Part shown: positions 27,787 through 35,168 of the stretch, piece by piece | Layout: every line of letters begins with the position of its first letter | Numbering within the stretch: the first letter of the stretch is position 1 | Assembly: GCA_965214705.1 (NCBI GenBank) | Contig: OZ243972.1 | Location: 224,001 to 288,000, forward strand | Direction of reading: 5' to 3' | Length of the DNA: 64,000 nucleotides | Origin: Alphaproteobacteria bacterium | GTDB lineage: Bacteria; Pseudomonadota; Alphaproteobacteria; UBA828 | Translations under genes and position numbers: made by a program | Notes under the pieces: generated by a model | What the model saw: the letters and a program-made list of their open reading frames with translations, nothing else | Databases searched by the model: none | Told to the model about the DNA's origin: nothing

Positions 27787-30165
27787 ATGGCCACCGAACG
27801 AGTCCACGGGTTCTGCGCGCTCTGCTGGTCGCGCTGCGGCTGCATCTCCACGGTGGAGGACGGCTACCTCGTCGCGGTCGAGCCCGACCCCGAGCATCCC
27901 ACCGGCAAGGCGCTCTGCGGCAAGGGCCGGGCTGCGCCCGAGCTGGTGCATCACCCCGACCGGCTGCTCCACCCGCTGAAGCGCACGCGCCCCAAGGGCG
28001 ATGCCGATCCGGGATGGGAGCGGATCGGGTGGGACGAAGCGCTCGACACAATCGCCGACACGCTCAACAGGCTCGCGAAGGAATCGGGTTCCGAGACGGT
28101 CGCGTTCGGCATCACGACGACCGCCGGCACCGCGATGCAGGATGGCTTCGTCTGGGTCGAGCGCCTGCGCCGCGCCTTCGGCAGCCCCAACGCGGCCATC
28201 GCGATGGAGCTTTGCGGCTTCGCCAAGGAGATGGTGTTCCCCCACACCTTCGGTGTGCCGATGCCGGTGGCCGATCTTGCGCAGACCGATTGCTTCATCC
28301 TCTGGGGACACAACCCGAGCACGACCTGGCTCGCGCACGCGACGCGGATCGCGGACGCCAAGGCGCGCGGCGCGAAGCTCGTGGTGGTCGACCCGCGCAG
28401 CGCGGGTCTCGCGAACAAGGCGGATCAGTGGCTCCGCGTTCGCCCCGGCAGCGACGGCGCGCTGGCGCTCGGCCTCGCCGGCGTCATGATCGAGGAGGGG
28501 TGGTTCGACCGGGAATTCGTCACGCGCTGGACCAACGGCCCCTTCCTGGTACGCGACGACACCGGGCAACTCCTCACCGGCGCCGATCTGGACAAGGACG
28601 GCGATCCCGCCCAGCGCATCGCCTGGGACAACACGACGGGCGCGCCGCTTCGCTACGACACGCGCGCCGGCACCTACGAGCGGGAGAACGCCGACCTCGC
28701 TCTCGCCGGGCGTTACGAGATAGCCGGCCCGCACGGCACCATCGCCTGCCGGCCCGCCTTCGACCTCTATGCGGAGCTCTGCCGGCAGTACCCGCCCGAG
28801 CGTGTCGAGGAGATCACCTGGATCCCGGCAGCGCAGATCCGAGAGACGGCGCGGCTCATCGGCACGGCGGGACGGGTCTCGTTCTACGCCTGGGCCGGGC
28901 TTGAGATGCTGGCCAACGCGAGCCAGACCAACCGCGCCATCGCCCTGCTCTATGCCCTCACCGGGAGCTTCGACGCCGAGGGCGGTAACGTGGTGCCGGC
29001 GACCATCCCGACCAACGACGTGATGGCCACCGACCTGATGCCGGAAGACCTGTGGGGCAAGTCGCTCGGCCTCTCGGACCGGCCGCTCGGCCCGGAAACG
29101 CAAGGCTGGATCACCACGGACGCGCTCTACGAGGCAGTGCTGGAGCGCCGCCCCTACCCGGTACGGGCGCTGGTGAACTTCGGCAAGAACATCCTCTACA
29201 CCCATGCCGACGGCGCACGCGGCGCGAAGGCGCTCAGCGAACTCGAATTCATGGTCCACGCCGATCTCTTCATGAACCCGACGGCGGCGTATGCGGACAT
29301 CGTGCTGCCCGTGGCGTCCGCGTGGGAGCGTGAGGGGCTCTGCACCGACTTCCTGGTGGATCAGGAGGCGAGCGCCTACGCCCAGCTTCGGCCGGCGGTG
29401 GTCGAGGCGCGGGGCGAGACCCGCTCCGACATGCAAATCGCCTTCGCGCTGGCCGAGCGCCTGGGCCTCGGCAACCTGTTCTGGAACGGCGATCTGGATG
29501 CGGCCCACCGGCACCAGCTTGCGCCGAGCGGCATCACACTGGAGGCGCTGCGGGCCAACCCGCAAGGTGTACGGGCGCCGCAGCCCGTGCAGCACCGCAA
29601 GTACGCCGCGCCCGTTGACGGCCATCCCGCCGGCTTCGACACGCCGAGCAGAAAGGTCGAGATCTACGCCGAGCGCTTTCTGGAGCACGGCTACGAGCCC
29701 TTGCCCGACTACGTGGAGCCCGCGATCGGCAAGAACGGCGACACCGACGTGGCGGACGCCTATCCGCTCGTGCTCACCTGCGCCAAGTCGACGCACTACC
29801 TGCACAGCCAGAACCGAAACCTGCCCTCGCTCCGGCGCCACGAGCCTGACCCGCTGTTGGAGATCAATCCGGAGACGGCGGCCGCGCACGCCATCGGCGA
29901 GGGCGACTGGGTCACGCTGACCACGCCTCACAACACCCTGCGTGCGCGGGCCCGCTTTGCCGCAAAACTCCATCCCAAGGTGGTGAGCGCCACGCATGGG
30001 TGGTGGCAGGGCTGCGAGGGGCTCTCCCTCCCCGGCTACCCGGCCGCGGACAACACCAACTTCAATGCGGCGATCGGCAACGAGACCATCGACCCCATCG
30101 GCGGCTCAACGCCAAACAACGCCTATCGCTGCCGGCTGGAGCCCCAGACGGCATCCAGCGGTTAG
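27787..30165 (+). CDS. Mo/W-bis-MGD oxidoreductase catalytic subunit, acetylene-hydratase-like subfamily
   Basis: CALCWSRC...LCGKG [4Fe-4S] motif, PDRLLHPLKR, WGHNP, VVDPR, ADIVLP, C-terminal dinucleotide-binding domain; no Tat signal seen. Confidence 0.88.
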   Translation: MATERVHGFCALCWSRCGCISTVEDGYLVAVEPDPEHPTGKALCGKGRAAPELVHHPDRLLHPLKRTRPKGDADPGWERIGWDEALDTIADTLNRLAKESGSETVAFGITTTAGTAMQDGFVWVERLRRAFGSPNAAIAMELCGFAKEMVFPHTFGVPMPVADLAQTDCFILWGHNPSTTWLAHATRIADAKARGAKLVVVDPRSAGLANKADQWLRVRPGSDGALALGLAGVMIEEGWFDREFVTRWTNGPFLVRDDTGQLLTGADLDKDGDPAQRIAWDNTTGAPLRYDTRAGTYERENADLALAGRYEIAGPHGTIACRPAFDLYAELCRQYPPERVEEITWIPAAQIRETARLIGTAGRVSFYAWAGLEMLANASQTNRAIALLYALTGSFDAEGGNVVPATIPTNDVMATDLMPEDLWGKSLGLSDRPLGPETQGWITTDALYEAVLERRPYPVRALVNFGKNILYTHADGARGAKALSELEFMVHADLFMNPTAAYADIVLPVASAWEREGLCTDFLVDQEASAYAQLRPAVVEARGETRSDMQIAFALAERLGLGNLFWNGDLDAAHRHQLAPSGITLEALRANPQGVRAPQPVQHRKYAAPVDGHPAGFDTPSRKVEIYAERFLEHGYEPLPDYVEPAIGKNGDTDVADAYPLVLTCAKSTHYLHSQNRNLPSLRRHEPDPLLEINPETAAAHAIGEGDWVTLTTPHNTLRARARFAAKLHPKVVSATHGWWQGCEGLSLPGYPAADNTNFNAAIGNETIDPIGGSTPNNAYRCRLEPQTASSG

Positions 30166-30244
30166 AGCGCTCTACGGCCGAACAGAATCTTACCCGCCTG
30201 CATCATGGTCTCTTATTTCGCATGCGGTGCGGCTCAAGAATCCC

Positions 30245-30352
30245 CCCACCTCACCCCGACCCTCTCCGCCCCCAGGGGCGGAGAGGGAGAATTTGGCGGT
30301 GCCGTCTACGTCCCCTCTCCGCCTTCGGGGGAGGGGGACAGGGGGAGGTGGG
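30245..30352. repeat. REP/RIME-like double-hairpin palindromic element between convergent genes
   Basis: CCCTCTCCGCCCC (30260-30272) / GGGGCGGAGAGGG (30275-30287); second hairpin about 30311-30338; outer IR CCCACCTC / GAGGTGGG. Confidence 0.7.
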
Positions 30353-30399
30353 AATAGTTGGGGCCGACCTGATATGGCAAGGTCGGAAAGTGCTCCAAC

Positions 30400-31161
30400 T
30401 CAAAACGCCGAATACCCGTTGTCCACCATGACGTTGGCGCCCGTGACGGTGTCCGAATCGGAGGACGCCAGATAAACGGCGGTGCCCGCCATGTCGTCCG
30501 GCACCATCCACGGATTGCCGACGCCGAAGCGGCCCTGCAGCGCATCCATGAATTCCTGGAGTTCGGCCCGGTAGCCGGCGTTCATGTCGGATTCGACGCA
30601 GCCGGGCGAGAGGCTGTTCACCTGGATGTTGTGCGGGCGTAAATCGAGCGCGAGCGACTTGGTCATCAGCTTGATCGCGCCCTTGGTGGCGCAGTAGACG
30701 GCCGAGGCGGGAATTCCGGTCTCGCCTGCGATCGAGCCGATGTTGATGATCTTGCCGCCGCCGCGGGCCATCATCTGCGGCAGCAGCGCCTGGGCTGCGA
30801 AGTAGGCGCCCTTGACGTTGGTGTTCATCTGGTTGTCCCACTCGTCCTCGCTGGTCTCGCCCGGCATCGTCAGCAGATAGATGCCCGCGTTGTTCACGAG
30901 GATGTCGGCACCGCCGAAGGCCGCCGCCACGGCGTCCGCCATGGCGTTGCAGTCCTGCGTCTGCGCCACGTCGCAGCGGATGGCGGTGGCCTCGCTGCCG
31001 GCGGCCTTGACGTCGGCCACGACCTCATCTGCCGCCTCGGCCGCCGCCTTGTAAACCACGGCCACACGCGCGCCCTCCGCACCGAAACGGCGCGCGATGG
31101 CGGCACCGATACCGCGTGAGCCGCCCGTCACCACTGCCACCTTGTCGTTCAGCCTTCCCAT
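30400..31161 (-). CDS. SDR (FabG-like), tandem copy 2
   Basis: TGGSRGIG, NNAG, YCATK. Confidence 0.9.
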   Translation of the reverse strand: MGRLNDKVAVVTGGSRGIGAAIARRFGAEGARVAVVYKAAAEAADEVVADVKAAGSEATAIRCDVAQTQDCNAMADAVAAAFGGADILVNNAGIYLLTMPGETSEDEWDNQMNTNVKGAYFAAQALLPQMMARGGGKIINIGSIAGETGIPASAVYCATKGAIKLMTKSLALDLRPHNIQVNSLSPGCVESDMNAGYRAELQEFMDALQGRFGVGNPWMVPDDMAGTAVYLASSDSDTVTGANVMVDNGYSAF

Positions 31162-31221
31162 CGTGGTCTCGTCCTCTGGTTGCGCCGGCGTGCCGGCCAC
31201 TTCGCATTCTTGCCGAGCGGG

Positions 31222-31983
31222 TCAGTAGGCGGAATAGCCTTTGTCCACCATGATGTTGGCGCCGGTGACCGTATCGGAATCCGAGGACGCCAGATAGAGG
31301 GCGGTGCCCGCCATATCGTCGGGCGTCATCCACGGATCGCCCGGCCCGAAGCGGCCCTGCAGGGATTCGGCATAGCCCTCGATCTCGACCCGGTAGCGGG
31401 CGTTCATATCGGTCGCGACGCAGCCGGGCGAGAGGCTGTTCACCTGGATGTTGTGCGGGCGCAGGTCGAGCGCGAGCGACTTGGTCAGCAGCTTGAGCGC
31501 GCCCTTGCTGGCACAGTAGATCGCCGAACGCATGATGGCGGTCTCGCCGACGATCGAGCCGATGTTGATGATCTTGCCGCCGCCGCGGGCCATCATCTGC
31601 GGCAGCAGCGCCTGAGCGGCGAAGTAGGCGCCCTTGACGTTGGTGTCCATCTGCCGGTCCCACTGGTCCTCGGTGGTCTGGCCGAGGTCGGTCAGCAGGT
31701 GGATGCCAGCGTTGTTGACGAGGATGTCGGCGCCGCCGAATGCCGCTGCCACGTCCTCCGCCATGTCCGCGCACGCCTTGGTCTGCGCCACGTCGCAGCG
31801 GATGGCGGTGGCCTCGCCTCCGGCAGCCTCGATCCCCGCCACGACCTCGTCCGCAGCCTCGGCCGCCGCCCGGTAGACCACGGCAACGCGCGCGCCCTCC
31901 GCAGCAAAGCGGCGCGCGATGGCGGCGCCGATGCCGCGCGAGCCGCCGGTCACCACCGCGACCTTGTCGTCCAACCTTCCCAT
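31222..31983 (-). CDS. SDR (FabG-like), tandem copy 1
   Basis: TGGSRGIG, NNAG, YCASK; same length as and highly similar to 30400-31161. Confidence 0.9.
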   Translation of the reverse strand: MGRLDDKVAVVTGGSRGIGAAIARRFAAEGARVAVVYRAAAEAADEVVAGIEAAGGEATAIRCDVAQTKACADMAEDVAAAFGGADILVNNAGIHLLTDLGQTTEDQWDRQMDTNVKGAYFAAQALLPQMMARGGGKIINIGSIVGETAIMRSAIYCASKGALKLLTKSLALDLRPHNIQVNSLSPGCVATDMNARYRVEIEGYAESLQGRFGPGDPWMTPDDMAGTALYLASSDSDTVTGANIMVDKGYSAY

Positions 31984-32051
31984 CGTGGTCTCGTTCCTTC
32001 GTTGTTGCGGCGCCCGCGCGCAGGGTCGCGCGCGGAGAGGAGGCGCGAGGC

Positions 32052-33704
32052 TCAGCCGATCGAGGTCGGCGCGAGGCGGGAGAGCTTGCGGGTCTCGGCG
32101 GTGATCACGTCCACCACCGCCGGCTGGCCTTCGCGCGTGGCGCAGATCGCGCGCTCCAGAGCGGGCCTGAGCGCCTTGGGCTCGGTCACTGTCTCGGCGT
32201 GGCAGCCGAGGCTCGCCGCAATGGTCGCGTAGTCGCCCTGCTGCCGGTTCGCCTCGAAGCGCGCCGAGGCCTCGGGGATGTTGCGGTCGTAGCCGGAGAA
32301 GATCGAATCGTGCTTGATCACGGTGAGAATCGGGATGTCGTTGCGCGACGCGGTCTCCCAGTCCATGCCGGTCATGCCCACCGAGGCGTCGCCCATCACG
32401 TTGACGACCAGCTTCTCGGGGTTTGCGAGCTTCGCGCCCATGGCAAGGCCGAGGGAGAAGCCGAGCTGCGAGGACTGGCCCCAGCCGAGATAGCTGCGCG
32501 GCGGGCCTGATTCATAGAAGACGCTCTGGATGTCCCGCGAGGCGCCGGACTCGTGGGTGAGCATCGTCGTCTCTGGATCGAGGACGGACCAGAGCTCGCG
32601 CATCATGCGGTAGCCGTTGATCGGCGCCGAATCGTCGGCGAAGAGCGGCTCGTACTCGGCGTGCCACTCGCCCTTGATGCGGGCGATGGTGTCGGCAGTC
32701 TCGGCGCGCTGTTCGGCGCGGCCATCGCCCACGTGGCGCCTGAGCTCGGCGGCGAGCTGCGCGAGGAAGAGCTTCGCGTCGGCCACGATGCCGACGGCGG
32801 CGGCATATTCCTTGTTGATGTCGATGGGGTCCACGGTCGCGTGGATGATGGTCTTGCCGTCAGGAAGCGCCGGCGTGAAGGGCGCGCGGGTCAGACTGGA
32901 GCCCACGGCGAGCACGCAATCGCTCGCCTGCAGGTAGTGGGCGGCCATGGCGGTGGTGGAGAGCGCGCCCACGCCCGCAGCCAGCGGGTGCGCCTCGGGG
33001 ATCGCGCTCTTGCCCTGCAGTGTCGTCATCGCAGGCGCGCCGAGCAGCTCCGCGACCTCGCGTAGCTCGTCACTCGCCTCGGCCCAGAGCACGCCCTGGC
33101 CGGCCCAGATCAGCGGTGTCTCGGCGGCGAGCAGACGCTCGGCCGCCTCCCGCACCGCCCCCTCGTCGGCCGCGGAGCGCATGCGCCTGACCGGCGTGTA
33201 CTCGGGCGCACCATTCACCTCGCCCGCGCACGCATCGCCCAGCAGCTCCAGCATCACCGGCTGCGGCCGGCCGGAGCGGAGCGCCGTGAAGGCCTGACGC
33301 AGCTTGATCGGCATGTGGTCGGCGGCCAGCACCTTCTGCGCCATCTTCGTGGTGGCGGCGTAATTCGCCTTGCTGTCGAAGGTGGGGGGCTGATCCACAT
33401 AGGACGTGCCGGGGTGGCCGGGGAGGAACAGCACCGGCGACGAATCCGTGTGCGCCTGGGCAACGCCGGCAAACGCGTTCTCCGACCCCGCCAGCGCCTG
33501 AACCGTGAAGACGCCGATCTCGCGCCCGTTGGTGGAGCGCGAGACGCCATCCGCCATGTTGCCGGCGACGCGCTCCTGCCGCGTGGTGATGACGCGCAAG
33601 CCGGCGCGTGCCATGGCCTCGATGATCGGGGTCATGGGGAAGCAGAGGCACTGGCGGACGCCTTCCGCCTTCAGAATTTTCACCAAGAGATCGGCGCCGG
33701 TCAT
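32052..33704 (-). CDS. Thiamine-diphosphate-dependent enzyme (acetolactate synthase-like family)
   Basis: RQERVAGNMADG (catalytic Glu), PLIWAGQG, TPP motif VMGDASVGMTG. Confidence 0.88.
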   Translation of the reverse strand: MTGADLLVKILKAEGVRQCLCFPMTPIIEAMARAGLRVITTRQERVAGNMADGVSRSTNGREIGVFTVQALAGSENAFAGVAQAHTDSSPVLFLPGHPGTSYVDQPPTFDSKANYAATTKMAQKVLAADHMPIKLRQAFTALRSGRPQPVMLELLGDACAGEVNGAPEYTPVRRMRSAADEGAVREAAERLLAAETPLIWAGQGVLWAEASDELREVAELLGAPAMTTLQGKSAIPEAHPLAAGVGALSTTAMAAHYLQASDCVLAVGSSLTRAPFTPALPDGKTIIHATVDPIDINKEYAAAVGIVADAKLFLAQLAAELRRHVGDGRAEQRAETADTIARIKGEWHAEYEPLFADDSAPINGYRMMRELWSVLDPETTMLTHESGASRDIQSVFYESGPPRSYLGWGQSSQLGFSLGLAMGAKLANPEKLVVNVMGDASVGMTGMDWETASRNDIPILTVIKHDSIFSGYDRNIPEASARFEANRQQGDYATIAASLGCHAETVTEPKALRPALERAICATREGQPAVVDVITAETRKLSRLAPTSIG

Positions 33705-33786
33705 GCTGGCCTCCCCACTGTCCACCATTCCGATTTAGGCGCGCGCCCGCCGCCCCGGCACGGGGCGTGGCGCTGAAGTCGAGCGT

Positions 33787-34656
33787 TCAGAGCGTGGCGA
33801 GGGCCTCGACTGCATTCAGGTCCGGCGCCGTGCTGCCGTCGGGATCGAGGGGCTGGATGCAGACGTGGCTTGCGCCCGCGTCGAAGTGCTCCCTGATCCG
33901 CGCGCGCACGGCCTCGGGCTTGCCCCAGGCGACCATGGCGTCGAGGAAGCGGTCGCTGCCCCGCTCGCCCAGCTCGTCCTCGCCGAAGCCGAGGCTGAGC
34001 CAGTTGTTGCGGTAGTTCGTGAGCGGCATGTAGATGCCGAGGGTCTGCGCCGCCACATTGCGGGCCGTCGATGCCTCGTTGGTGACGCAGACCTTCTGCT
34101 CGACGCAGAGCCAGGCGTCCGGCCCCACGATCTCGCGTGCCCGCGCGGTGTGCTCCGGCGTCACGTTGTAGGGATGCGCGCCCCGCGTGCGCTCGGTAGC
34201 CAGAGCCAGCATCCGGGGGCCAAGAGCGGCGAGCACGACGTTCCGCTCCTGCGCAGGGATGGCCACCTCGGCGGCATCCATGGCGTCGAGGTAGGCGCGC
34301 ATGGTCGCCACGGGCCTGTTGTAGGTATGCCCGCGGAAACCCTCCACCAGCGGCACGTGCGAGACGCCGAGCCCGAGCACGAAGCGGTCGCCATAGAAAT
34401 GGTTGAGGGTATCGTGGCCGGAAATGGCAGCCACCGCGTCGCGCGCATAGATGTTGGCGATGCCGCTCGCGGCGCAGAGCCGCTCCGTCTCCGACAGCAC
34501 GAAGGCGGCGAAGCTGAGGCTCTCGAAGCCCGTGCCCTCGGGATACCAGAGCGCGTCGTAGCCCAGGCCTTCCGCCGCCTGCGCAAAGGCCGCGACCTCG
34601 CGCGCCGATGGCGCATCCGGGAATATCCACACCCCACGCTTGCCCAACTCTTTCAT
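33787..34656 (-). CDS. LLM-class flavin/F420-dependent oxidoreductase
   Basis: GYDALWYPE, SGIANIYAR, RFVLGLGVSH, LAALGPRML, HPYNVTPEHT, AGASHVCIQ. Confidence 0.85.
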   Translation of the reverse strand: MKELGKRGVWIFPDAPSAREVAAFAQAAEGLGYDALWYPEGTGFESLSFAAFVLSETERLCAASGIANIYARDAVAAISGHDTLNHFYGDRFVLGLGVSHVPLVEGFRGHTYNRPVATMRAYLDAMDAAEVAIPAQERNVVLAALGPRMLALATERTRGAHPYNVTPEHTARAREIVGPDAWLCVEQKVCVTNEASTARNVAAQTLGIYMPLTNYRNNWLSLGFGEDELGERGSDRFLDAMVAWGKPEAVRARIREHFDAGASHVCIQPLDPDGSTAPDLNAVEALATL

Positions 34657-34780
34657 GCCGCGCCTCTCCCACTCCGTCCCTGGCCCGATGCGCCGGAACC
34701 TAGCACGGATCGGAGCCAGATGACCCGGACGCGAGACGGGGGTTATCCTGCCCACCCGTTCACGACCGGGAGCAGGAGGC

Positions 34781-35149
34781 ATGGCAGGCGAGACGGCCGC
34801 CCATCACGGCAGGGACAAGGTGTACCAGCGGCGCTTCGACAGGCAGCTGCGCGCGCATCTCAGGACCCTCATCACGCCGGCGCTCATCGAGGAGTACCGC
34901 GCGAGCCCGCTCGGCCAGCATTCGGGCGATCTGGAACGCGTACTCAACTACTTCCGGCGCGGGCCCTTCGAAGGCAAGTACGTGCTGTTCGAGCTTGAGG
35001 CCAATGCTAAGTACAAGATCGTGACCACCACGGCGCAGGAGGGCGGCCTGCCCCGGGACGTCGACGGGACCATCTACACCGACAAGAACGAGGCGCTCCA
35101 CGCGGTCTTCCTCATGCGGGTGGACGCGCTGATGGCAAGCGACGCCTGA
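34781..35149 (+). CDS. dmfA1: N,N-dimethylformamidase small (alpha) subunit homologue
   Basis: 122 aa; EEYRASPLG...LERVLNYFR...GKY...EALHAVFLMRV follows the DMFase alpha pattern; directly upstream of the beta homologue. Confidence 0.75.
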   Translation: MAGETAAHHGRDKVYQRRFDRQLRAHLRTLITPALIEEYRASPLGQHSGDLERVLNYFRRGPFEGKYVLFELEANAKYKIVTTTAQEGGLPRDVDGTIYTDKNEALHAVFLMRVDALMASDA

Positions 35150-35168
35150 AGGCCTGGGGGACAGAGCG

